NCBI GenBank assembly: GCA_963760665.1 | Contig: CAVXDS010000012.1 | Span: 2,952 to 66,951, forward strand | Direction: 5' to 3' | Length of the DNA: 64,000 nt | Source: an uncultured Actinomycetes bacterium | GTDB lineage: Bacteria; Actinomycetota; Thermoleophilia; Solirubrobacterales; 70-9 | Part shown: piece after piece, positions 57,068-64,000 of the stretch | Position numbering within the stretch: the first letter of the stretch is position 1 | Layout of the letters: the number at the start of each line of letters is the position of its first letter | The notes under the pieces: model-generated | Seen by the model: the letters and a program-made list of their open reading frames with translations, nothing else | What the model was told of the DNA's origin: nothing | Database searches by the model: none | Made by a program: the position numbers and the translations under genes

Positions 57068-57955
57068 CTAGCGGACGCTGACGCGGCAGATCGCGAGGTC
57101 CCGCGGAGCTCCCGTGGCGCTCAGCCGTCGCTGGCGGCCGAACTTGAAGGCCCCCGGGTCGAGGGCATCGCGGGCGGCCCCGGAGATCAGCACCTCGCCG
57201 CCACGGGCGGCCTCGCCGACCCGCGCCGCGATGTTGACGTCGACGCCGAGGTAGTCGCCGCCCACCCTCCGCGGACGCCCGAGGTGGACGCCGGCGCGAA
57301 GCTCCGGGGTATGCCCGTTCACCTCGACCCGGCCAACGTCGAGCTGCGCCTGAACGGCGGCCCGAACCGCCTGCTCGGCCGCCCGAAACACGGCCATCGC
57401 GCCATCGCCGAGCCGCTTCACCAAACTGCCCCCGTTGCCCGAGATCGCATCGTCCTCGGCTGCGGCGACCTGCCTCAGCAGCTCGAGTGCCGCCTCGTCG
57501 CCGGCGTCGAGCGCCCAGGAGGAGAATCCGACGATGTCGGTGAACAGGATCGCCACGTCCACCTTGCCGCGACCCCGGCCCTGGGCTTCGGAGAGCGCCT
57601 GCCACGCTTGCAGGGCGCCGAGCCCCATCTCGCGAGCGGCGCTTGGCCGCTCCGGATGAACCTCGGACACCACGCGCCCGATCCGCTGTGCCACCTTGGC
57701 GCCGCTGGTCGACAGCGGGTCGCTGTACGGATCGTCGCCGGGCAGAAGCTGCCGGATGAACTTGGCCGCCTCCACGAGCTGGGGCTTGGCATCGGTTCGG
57801 CGGGCTCGATCTCGGAGCTTGCCCGGCTTGCGCGAAGGGCCCGACAGCTCGCTGCTCGAATCCCGCTCGTCGCTCACAGTGCGCAATCGTCGCCCATTTG
57901 GCGCCGACGCGCTTCGCGGTTGCGCGCCTGTAGGTTCGTGGAATGGCTCATTCAC
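57068..57955 (-). CDS. class III adenylate/guanylate cyclase domain protein
   Basis: ILFTDIVGFS, KRLGDGAMAVF, GVHLGRP...GDYLGVDVNIAARV. The ~130-aa N-terminal region has no recognised domain. Confidence 0.82.
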   Translation of the reverse strand: MNEPFHEPTGAQPRSASAPNGRRLRTVSDERDSSSELSGPSRKPGKLRDRARRTDAKPQLVEAAKFIRQLLPGDDPYSDPLSTSGAKVAQRIGRVVSEVHPERPSAAREMGLGALQAWQALSEAQGRGRGKVDVAILFTDIVGFSSWALDAGDEAALELLRQVAAAEDDAISGNGGSLVKRLGDGAMAVFRAAEQAVRAAVQAQLDVGRVEVNGHTPELRAGVHLGRPRRVGGDYLGVDVNIAARVGEAARGGEVLISGAARDALDPGAFKFGRQRRLSATGAPRDLAICRVSVR

Positions 57956-57963
57956 GATCCACG

Positions 57964-58392
57964 ATGAGCGCGCCCGGAGACTCTGAAGCGCCGCTCGACT
58001 CGTTCGACTTCCTCTATATGCCGAGCCGGGACGTGGTCGCCGACCTGGCCTTCTACCGAGACGTGCTCGGCGGCGAGGTCGTGTTCGCGATCGAGGCCTT
58101 CGGCGCCCGGGTCGCGCAGGTGCGGTTGAGCCCCGACGAGCCGCGACTTCTGCTCGCCGACCACCTGGAGGGCGACGCCGCCGTGCTCGTCTACCGGGTG
58201 GCCGATCTGGAAGCCGCCCTGGCGGAGCTCGAGCGACGCGGCCTGACGATCGAGGCCCGGTTCGGGATCCCGCACGGACCGTGTGCGGCGATCCGCACCC
58301 CGGGCGGCCAGAGACTGGCGCTGTATGAGCTCACCCGTCCCGGGGCCGACCAGCGCCTCGAGGGCCGGCTCGACTTCGGAAGCGCGCGGTAG
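57964..58392 (+). CDS. single-domain VOC/glyoxalase family protein
   Basis: ...FLYMPSRDVVADLAFYRDVLGGEVVF.... ATG 57964 is preferred, because the alternative start at 57943 would overlap the divergent cyclase start. Confidence 0.65.
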   Translation: MSAPGDSEAPLDSFDFLYMPSRDVVADLAFYRDVLGGEVVFAIEAFGARVAQVRLSPDEPRLLLADHLEGDAAVLVYRVADLEAALAELERRGLTIEARFGIPHGPCAAIRTPGGQRLALYELTRPGADQRLEGRLDFGSAR

Positions 58393-58433
58393 ACCGCTCG
58401 GCTCGGGGGGCGCCGCCGCAGGTACGCTGGGGC

Positions 58434-60029
58434 ATGGCCATCCTCGACGTCAATGCCGCGATGGGCAAGATCGGGCTGCCGGCCCCGCTCAGCGAGCTGA
58501 GCGCGCGAGAGTGGGACGCGATCGTTGTCGGCGGCGGGCACAACGGGCTGACGGCGGCCGCCTATCTGGCTCGAGCCGGCCACTCGGTGCTGGTGCTCGA
58601 GCGCAGGGAACAGCTCGGTGGGGCCTGCACGCTGGAGCAGCCGTTTCCCGACCCCCGCTACCTGATCAGCCCCTGCGCCTACGTGGTAGGCCTGCTGGAT
58701 GGGCTGGTCGTCCGCGAGCTGGAGCTCCAGCGGCATGGCTACCGGGTCTTGATGGCCGACCCCAACCTCTGGTGCCCGCTCCCGGACGGCACGTCGGTGG
58801 CGCTGTTCCTCGATCGGGAGCGCACGGTCGCCCACCTGCGCGAGAACGGCTTCTCGGAGCGGGTCATCCGCGGCATGAACGCCTACGGCGAGCTGTTCGA
58901 GCGGTTACGGAGGCTGCTTCGCGGCGGTCCCCGCGATACGTGGGTGGGTGCCTCGCCGACCCGGGATGAGCTCGAGGAGCTGCTGGGCCACGACGAGGAG
59001 CTGATCTCGGTCGTGTTCGAGGAGTCGATCGTCGCGACTCTCGATCGCTACATCGATGACGAGCGCATCAAGCACGCGCTCTTCGGCCAGGGTGTGATCG
59101 GCGCCTTCGCGGGTCCTCGCGACCCCGGCACCGCCTCGGTGAGACTGATGCACCACCAGGGGGACCTGCTCGGGCACGGATCGTTTTGGGGATATGTCGA
59201 AGGCGGCATGGGCCGGGTTTCGTTTGCGATCGCCCAAGCGGCGCTGGAGAGCGGCGCCACTCTCGCCGCCGGAGTCCCCGTGGCGAAGATTGTCCCCGGG
59301 GAGGGGGTCGAGATCGAAAGCGGCGAGTTGATCCGTGCCCCCATCGTTCTCTCCAACGCGGACCCGAAGCGAACCCTGGCGATGCTCGGGGAGGATGTCG
59401 TGCCGGCCTCCTATCGCCGGCGGATCGACGGCTGGCAGATGGACTCGCCGGTGGTCAAGCTGAACGCCGGGCTCCACAAGCTGCCCGCGTTCACGGCGCC
59501 GGGCGGCGTGGACGCGCACCGGGCGATGGTCTCGATCACGGCAGGGGTCGACGCCGCTCAGGAGGCCGTGGAGGCGTGCCGGCGCGGAGAGCCCTCGATC
59601 GGCTTCGCCGAGCTCTACTTCCAGAGCGCCTACGACTCCTCGGTGGCGCCGCCGGGGCGCCACACGATGAGCGTCTTCGCCCAATACGCGCCCTATGAGC
59701 TCGCCGAGGGCGACTGGGCATCGCGGCGGGGGGAGGTGGGGGAGCAGATCCTCGACGCGATCGCCGCCTACGCGCCCGACGTCCACGATTGCGTCGAGTA
59801 CCTCGAGGTCCTCGGGCCACCCGACGTCGAGCGCCGCATCGGCCTGACGGGCGGTCACATCTTCCAGGGAGAGGCGCTTCCGGAGCAGATGTGGGACCGC
59901 CGTCTCGACCACAGGACCCCCGTCCAGGGGCTCTACCTGTGCGGCGCGGCCACCCACCCCGCAGGCTCGGTGATCGCGCTCAACGGCCGCAACGCCGCGA
60001 TGGCCGCCCTGGAGGACGCCGGCGGTTGA
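58434..60029 (+). CDS. phytoene desaturase (CrtI)-family NAD(P)/FAD-dependent oxidoreductase
   Basis: DAIVVGGGHNGLTAAAYLARAGHSVLVLE Rossmann motif, C-terminal GLYLCGAATHPAGSV. 531 aa. Confidence 0.78.
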   Translation: MAILDVNAAMGKIGLPAPLSELSAREWDAIVVGGGHNGLTAAAYLARAGHSVLVLERREQLGGACTLEQPFPDPRYLISPCAYVVGLLDGLVVRELELQRHGYRVLMADPNLWCPLPDGTSVALFLDRERTVAHLRENGFSERVIRGMNAYGELFERLRRLLRGGPRDTWVGASPTRDELEELLGHDEELISVVFEESIVATLDRYIDDERIKHALFGQGVIGAFAGPRDPGTASVRLMHHQGDLLGHGSFWGYVEGGMGRVSFAIAQAALESGATLAAGVPVAKIVPGEGVEIESGELIRAPIVLSNADPKRTLAMLGEDVVPASYRRRIDGWQMDSPVVKLNAGLHKLPAFTAPGGVDAHRAMVSITAGVDAAQEAVEACRRGEPSIGFAELYFQSAYDSSVAPPGRHTMSVFAQYAPYELAEGDWASRRGEVGEQILDAIAAYAPDVHDCVEYLEVLGPPDVERRIGLTGGHIFQGEALPEQMWDRRLDHRTPVQGLYLCGAATHPAGSVIALNGRNAAMAALEDAGG

Positions 60030-60053
60030 GCCTCGGCTACGCGGCCGCCCGGT

Positions 60054-61034
60054 TCACCGGTCGACGCTCGACATGTCCGCGTAGCGGTCGCCGATCGGCG
60101 CCTCGAGCTCGTCGAGCGCCGCCAGATCCTCGGGGCTCAGCCCCACCTCTGCGGCGGCGGCATTCTGCTCCAATCGCTCGCGGCGTCGCGTCCCGGGGAT
60201 CGGCACCACGTCCTCGCCCTGGTGCATGACCCAGGCCAGCGCGAGCTGGGCAGGAGCGATCCCCTTCTGGGATGCCAGCTCCTCGACCCTGCGCACGATC
60301 GCCAGGTTCCGCTCGAAGTTGCCGTTCCGCATTCGCGGGTCGTTGCGGCGAAAGTCGCCCTCGCCGAAGTCGTCGGGTGAGGAGAACCGCCCGGTGAGAA
60401 AGCCGCGGCCGAGCGGAGCGTAGGCGACGAAGCCGATCCCCAGCTGGCGGCAGGTGGGGACGATCTCCTCGAGCGGTCCCCGTGCCCAGAGCGAGAGCTC
60501 GGTTTGCAGCGCGCTGATCGGGTGGACGGCGTGGGCGCGGCGGATCGTCTCGGGCGCGGCCTCGCTGAGTCCCAGGTAGCGGACCTTCCCCGCGTCGACC
60601 AGCTCGGCCATCGCGCCAACCGTTTCCTCGATCGGGGTATCGGGGTCGACCCGGTGCTGGTAGTAGAGGTCGACGTGGTCCGTGCCAAGCCGGCGCAGCG
60701 ACTCGTCGATCGACTTCCTGACCTGCTCCCGGCTGCCGTCGATGTGTCGTTCGCGGGGATTGTCGCCGCGCAGAATGCCGAACTTGGTCGCCAACACGAC
60801 CCGGTCGCGGCGGTCGGCAATCGCGCCCCCTACCAACTCCTCGTTGGCTCCACTGCCGTACATGGCGGCGGTGTCCAGGAAGGTGACGCCGAGCTCGATC
60901 GCGCGCCGGATGGTGGCGATGGATTCGACGTCGTCGCCCTCGCCGTAGAACTCGGACATCCCCATACAGCCGAGGCCCTGCGCGGATACCGCGAGGCCAT
61001 CGTGGCCGAGCTTGCGCTCCTCCAGCATCGGCAT
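60054..61034 (-). CDS. aldo/keto reductase
   Basis: [28 protein letters not shown], and a GxxxxG C-terminal pattern. 326 aa. Confidence 0.88.
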   Translation of the reverse strand: MPMLEERKLGHDGLAVSAQGLGCMGMSEFYGEGDDVESIATIRRAIELGVTFLDTAAMYGSGANEELVGGAIADRRDRVVLATKFGILRGDNPRERHIDGSREQVRKSIDESLRRLGTDHVDLYYQHRVDPDTPIEETVGAMAELVDAGKVRYLGLSEAAPETIRRAHAVHPISALQTELSLWARGPLEEIVPTCRQLGIGFVAYAPLGRGFLTGRFSSPDDFGEGDFRRNDPRMRNGNFERNLAIVRRVEELASQKGIAPAQLALAWVMHQGEDVVPIPGTRRRERLEQNAAAAEVGLSPEDLAALDELEAPIGDRYADMSSVDR

Positions 61035-61218
61035 CGCGGTTACCCCGTTTGCGTTCCTTCAGTCGCGGCGATGCCCCGATCTGGCCCGTTGGAGTGGCCC
61101 GGTTGACTGGCGCGGTTCGGCGTTCGTTGAGCTAGCCTGGCGGCGAACGGGCGCTGTGGCGGCTCTACCGGACCCGCCGCACCGCAGACACTGACCGGCG
61201 TAGCGCCAGCCAGTACGT

Positions 61219-61262
61219 GGGGGCCCCCAGGCCGCGATTTGTCCCGACGCGGCCGGGGGCCC
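61219..61262 (-). terminator. GC-rich hairpin downstream of the metallophosphoesterase gene
   Basis: GGGCCCCC(A)GGCCGCG - 11-nt loop - CGCGGCCGGGGGCCC, about 15 bp with one bulge. It lies 44 nt past the stop at 61306. No U-tract. Confidence 0.4.
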
Positions 61263-61305
61263 TCTCCGCTGGAGGTCCAGCACCCGCGACACCTCGCGCA
61301 CCCGC

Positions 61306-61902
61306 TCAGAGCTCCAGCATCATCCCCTGCGGCCCCAGGTTGATCACTCGGGTGGGCCCGATTTCGGATTCCTGGCCCCAGCTCTCGTGGACGTGGCCGC
61401 ACAGGGCCAGGCGGGGGCGCTTGCTCTCGATCGCGCGGAGCACCGCTTCGCTGCCCAGGTGCTTGCCGGCGCCGCCCACGTCGACGTGACCGCGCGGCGG
61501 CGAGTGAACCGCGAGCACGCAGCCTTCGGGACATGCCTCCAGCATCTCGGCGGCCGCCTCCTCGGTGAGGTCGAAGCTCCAGTCCCACGGGGTCACGGGG
61601 ACGCCCGCGCCGAGGCCGAAGAAGGGAACGCCGTCGACCACAGTCCCGTCGCCGTGCAGCACCACGGCCCGGCTCCAATCCGCGCACGCCTCGCGTAGCG
61701 CCTCCTCGGTCTCGTTGTTGCCGGGGACGAGCACCGTGGGCGCCTCGATCGCGCCAAGCGCTTCGATCGTCTCCTCGAGGCCCGAGTGCACCGAGGCGAA
61801 GTCGCCGACCCCCACCACGACGTCCACCTGAGCGCTGCTCTCGGCCAGGCGCTGCGCCTGGCCGATGTCCGTATGCAGGTCACTGAACGCCAGCAGCCTC
61901 AC
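61306..61902 (-). CDS. metallophosphoesterase family protein
   Basis: FSDLHTD, VGDF, PGNNE, AVHSPP, CGHVH motifs in canonical order. Confidence 0.82.
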   Translation of the reverse strand: MRLLAFSDLHTDIGQAQRLAESSAQVDVVVGVGDFASVHSGLEETIEALGAIEAPTVLVPGNNETEEALREACADWSRAVVLHGDGTVVDGVPFFGLGAGVPVTPWDWSFDLTEEAAAEMLEACPEGCVLAVHSPPRGHVDVGGAGKHLGSEAVLRAIESKRPRLALCGHVHESWGQESEIGPTRVINLGPQGMMLEL

Positions 61903-61978
61903 GTCGCCGCCCCGTACCCCGCCCGTGCCCTGCCAAACCGGATCGCACCATCGGACGTCCGCGTCGGGCCTGACCCGC

Positions 61979-62731
61979 CTAGATCCGGTGCTCGGGCTCG
62001 AGCCGTGTCGCGAGCTCCAGCGTCGCGGCGTCGAGTTCCTGCTCGCTCAGCCGGTAGCGCCCTTTCAGCTCCGAGAGGATCGCCGCCTCGACCGCGTCCA
62101 GGCCGAGCTCGCCCAGCTCGTCCTCGAGCGAGCCGGCGGTCGCCGGATCCCAGTTCAGGCCGAGAGCCTCATAGACCGGCACCAGCACCCGGCGAATCCG
62201 CTCGCTCCCGCCGACCACGATCACCGCCCCGCGATGGGCGGCGCCGGCGATCAGCCGCTGGCCGATGCCGACCAGCTTCGTGCGCCCGCCGGCGTTGACG
62301 CTCCAGGCGCCCGGGCAGTACTCGCCGGGGACTTCACCCACCCGCGCGTCGATGCCCAGCCCGCCGAGCGCGGCGGCAAGCAACTCGGCCATCTCCCTGA
62401 AGCGCTCTGTCGTGCGGGCCGCCGGGCGGGAGTCGGGGACCGCCCACGAGCAGGCCAGCGTTTGCTCGTGAAACACAGCGGCACGGCCACCGGCGAGGCG
62501 CAGCACGGGCTCGAACCCGCCCTGACGAGCCGCGCGCACGGCGGCGGCGAAGCCCGCGGCCGCCCGATCCTGACGCGAGAACGCGAGGATCGGCCCGGGG
62601 CGGTTGAGACGAAGCATCGGGGGCAGCTCGCCCGCGGCGACCCGGATCAGGATGGCGCGCGAAACAGCCGTGCCGAAGGCGGGACGGCCGGGAAAGCCCT
62701 GGCGCGCGATGCATAGAGACGGCCGAGCCAT
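61979..62731 (-). CDS. biotin/lipoate A/B protein ligase family protein (lipoate-protein ligase-like)
   Basis: ...RLAGGRAAVFHEQ..., GEYCPGAWSVNAGGRTKLVGIGQR (conserved Lys region). Confidence 0.72.
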   Translation of the reverse strand: MARPSLCIARQGFPGRPAFGTAVSRAILIRVAAGELPPMLRLNRPGPILAFSRQDRAAAGFAAAVRAARQGGFEPVLRLAGGRAAVFHEQTLACSWAVPDSRPAARTTERFREMAELLAAALGGLGIDARVGEVPGEYCPGAWSVNAGGRTKLVGIGQRLIAGAAHRGAVIVVGGSERIRRVLVPVYEALGLNWDPATAGSLEDELGELGLDAVEAAILSELKGRYRLSEQELDAATLELATRLEPEHRI

Positions 62732-62805
62732 ATGAGGAAGTGTTGCGTGGGGGACCGTCGGTCACACGCGCTCCCTGCTGAGCCGTTGGCCAGCGCTGGT
62801 ATGGG

Positions 62806-62918
62806 TATGCGGAACGCATAGGGGCGGTTGGCCGTCCCGAAGGTCGCCTCCAACCGCCCCAAGCAGATCTTCGGTCGTACCGCCGAAGGGAAGCTAAAGG
62901 CAGCCGACCGCTTTTTTA
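62806..62918 (+). other. cluster of three hairpins ending in a T6 run: candidate small RNA (plus strand) or structured 5' leader of the minus-strand ligase gene
   Basis: TATGCG-gaa-CGCATA (62806-62820). GGGGCGGTTGG-18 nt-CCAACCGCCCC (62821-62860). CGGTCG...CGACCG (62872-62910) followed by CTTTTTT (62911-62917). Confidence 0.35.
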
Positions 62919-63010
62919 AGTAACCGCTCATAGAGCTTTCTTCGTGCGGCAGCCCCACGAGGAAAATCCCTGCTAACAGGGCCTTTCTAAAGCTTAAGCA
63001 TATGTAGTAC

Positions 63011-63032
63011 ATGTGTGACCGTCGTCACACAT
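63011..63032. promoter_or_regulatory. perfect CRP/FNR-type palindrome (TGTGA-N6-TCACA)
   Basis: ATGTGTGAC-cgtc-GTCACACAT has 9-bp perfect arms. The core TGTGAccgtcgTCACA is at 63014-63029. It sits at the edge of an AT-rich segment about 220 nt upstream of the Rpf-like gene. Confidence 0.6.
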
Positions 63033-63252
63033 AACGGCTGGTTCGCGTGCCACTCTGCCCGCCGGTCAACGGACAGCCCCTCGGGCACGCGCCGCCATCG
63101 GCGCGCTGAAGGGACCGCCCAGGGGACTAGGAGGCCCGGTCAGGCCGACGCCGAGCGACGGCGGGCGCCACAGGCGTGCCGCGCCGTTCGCCGCCGGCGC
63201 GCGGCCACGCCATAACGGCGCCGGGAGGCACCGAACGGAGGTTGGTTCATCA
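63033..63252 (+). promoter_or_regulatory. long GC-rich, self-complementary 5' leader of the Rpf-like gene (candidate riboswitch, class unproven)
   Basis: No credible ORF. Local stems include CGCGCC-gccatc-GGCGCG (about 63087-63107). The word CATAACGGC is repeated at about 63030 and 63210. RBS GGAGG at 63237-63241. Confidence 0.35.
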
Positions 63253-63762
63253 ATGTCCATCCCAAGGACGAAGCTGATCACGGCCGTCACCGCCCTGGGG
63301 CTCGGCCTCAGCGCGGCGACGCTGGCGATCGGCGCTCCAGCGCACCTCAGCGCCAAGCAGCGGTCGGATGGTCGTAAGGCGGACGCCCACCACGCCGAGC
63401 TCGACGTCCTTGACGTGCCCGGCGATCGCTTCGCCAGGTCGCTCGAGGTGGCTCGCCACCAGGTCAAGAAGGCCCAGGCGTCGCGAGCGGGCGACCCAGG
63501 GGCCGGCGCCTATCCGACGCCCGAGTCGGTCGGCGCCTCGAGTGCCACGCTCGACGCGATCGGCTCCTGCGAGTCGGGTGGCGACCCAAGCGCCGTCTCA
63601 GCGGACGGCAGCTACCGCGGCAAGTACCAGTTCGACTACGGCACCTGGGCCTCGGTTGGCGGGTCGGGGGACCCTGCGGCCGCCACCGAGGCAGAGCAGG
63701 ACTATCGTGCCGCGCTGCTCTATGTCCGTGGCGGGTCGAGTCCTTGGCCCATCTGCGGCTGA
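63253..63762 (+). CDS. secreted transglycosylase-like (resuscitation-promoting factor-type) domain protein
   Basis: Signal peptide, then C-terminal ...LDAIGSCESGGDPSAVSADGSYRGKYQFDYGTWASVGG...AEQDYRAALLY....PWPICG (Rpf/transglycosylase-like signature). Confidence 0.8.
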   Translation: MSIPRTKLITAVTALGLGLSAATLAIGAPAHLSAKQRSDGRKADAHHAELDVLDVPGDRFARSLEVARHQVKKAQASRAGDPGAGAYPTPESVGASSATLDAIGSCESGGDPSAVSADGSYRGKYQFDYGTWASVGGSGDPAAATEAEQDYRAALLYVRGGSSPWPICG

Positions 63763-63817
63763 CCGAGCTGGAGGTCCTTTTCTTTGGGCCTGGGCGGGGG
63801 TTGCCGATGATTACGCA

Positions 63818-64000
63818 GTGGACGTGACCCAGTACGTGCTCGTTCGGGGGGCGCGCGAGACGCGCGGCTCGCTGGCGCGATTGAACGGCGATCCGTGGCC
63901 GGCGCTGCGGGGCTGGATCGGGGGCGGGATCGCCGTCGCCATCGTGCTGCTCGGCGTGGTCTGGATCATCGCCTCGGTGATCCGGCCCGACCCGACGCCG
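63818..64000 (+). CDS. hypothetical membrane protein, 5' part only (runs off the window)
   Basis: GTG 63818. VDVTQYVLVRGARETRGSLARLNGDPWPALRGWIGGGIAVAIVLLGVVWIIASVIRP... is open to the window end and has one TM helix. Confidence 0.3.
   Translation, partial: MDVTQYVLVRGARETRGSLARLNGDPWPALRGWIGGGIAVAIVLLGVVWIIASVIRPDPTP

Noticed and set aside
62872-62911. Possible SRP (4.5S) RNA, because CCGCCGAAGGGAAGCUAAAGGCAGCC resembles the GGAAGCAGCCAAGGCAG of helix 8
   Set aside because: The conserved 5' side (CAGGxCCGGAAGG, with a GNRA tetraloop closed by C-G) is absent. The expected long flanking helix cannot be drawn. The resemblance is limited to the 3' strand.
62647-63012. 121-aa minus-strand ORF across the AT-rich intergenic region
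   Set aside because: Its codon usage and composition are unlike the neighbouring genes. It spans hairpins, the T6/A6 tract and the promoter-like AT-rich DNA. It also overlaps the 5' end of the ligase-like gene in another frame.

Overview
This is a very GC-rich (judged by eye, not computed), gene-dense bacterial chromosomal segment. Its gene content and codon style fit an actinobacterium, possibly a deep-branching Thermoleophilia/Rubrobacteria-like lineage, but that is inference only.

I support about 65 protein genes plus one tmRNA. I saw no rRNA, tRNA, CRISPR array, transposase or integrase.

Housekeeping blocks:
- hom(partial)-GNAT-thrC
- comF-hpf-(hypothetical)-secA-...-tag-prfB
- FIST-nadC-(AsnB-like), with nadA separate
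- ftsE-ftsX-ctp-rnr-smpB, with ssrA 5.3 kb downstream of smpB
- split transketolase
- a potD/B/C/A-type polyamine ABC transporter

Accessory and regulatory content:
- A Ser/Thr kinase with a YVTN propeller, convergent with an FHA+HTH regulator.
- An OmpR/HisKA two-component pair.
- A PAS-GAF-PP2C-HATPase protein with a STAS partner.
- A MarR-controlled yceI/FMN-reductase/SRPBCC operon.
- A class III nucleotide cyclase.

Most interesting observations:
1. A three-gene MauE/thioredoxin, MauA-like Cys-rich Tat protein and CcdA-like/propeller module that lacks canonical mauB and mauG.
2. A perfect CRP-type TGTGA-N6-TCACA palindrome followed by a ~220-nt structured leader in front of an Rpf-like transglycosylase gene. 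A hairpin-rich candidate sRNA or leader lies just upstream.
3. A long coiled-coil, Pro-rich protein with a ComEA-like HhH tail, lying between smpB and ssrA.
4. A heptad-repeat hairpin element downstream of the hypothetical secreted-protein gene at 27958-28710.
5. Single-nucleotide frame disruptions in otherwise conserved genes, namely prfB (in addition to its canonical programmed +1 site), nadC, a serine protease, a secreted protein and the coiled-coil gene. A delta-60 repeat gene is broken at least 6 times. Most breaks sit at short homopolymers, so sequencing or assembly indels are the leading explanation for the isolated ones. The delta-60 gene looks like a real pseudogene or a mis-assembled repeat.

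All functional calls come from motif recognition by eye. No database search was run.
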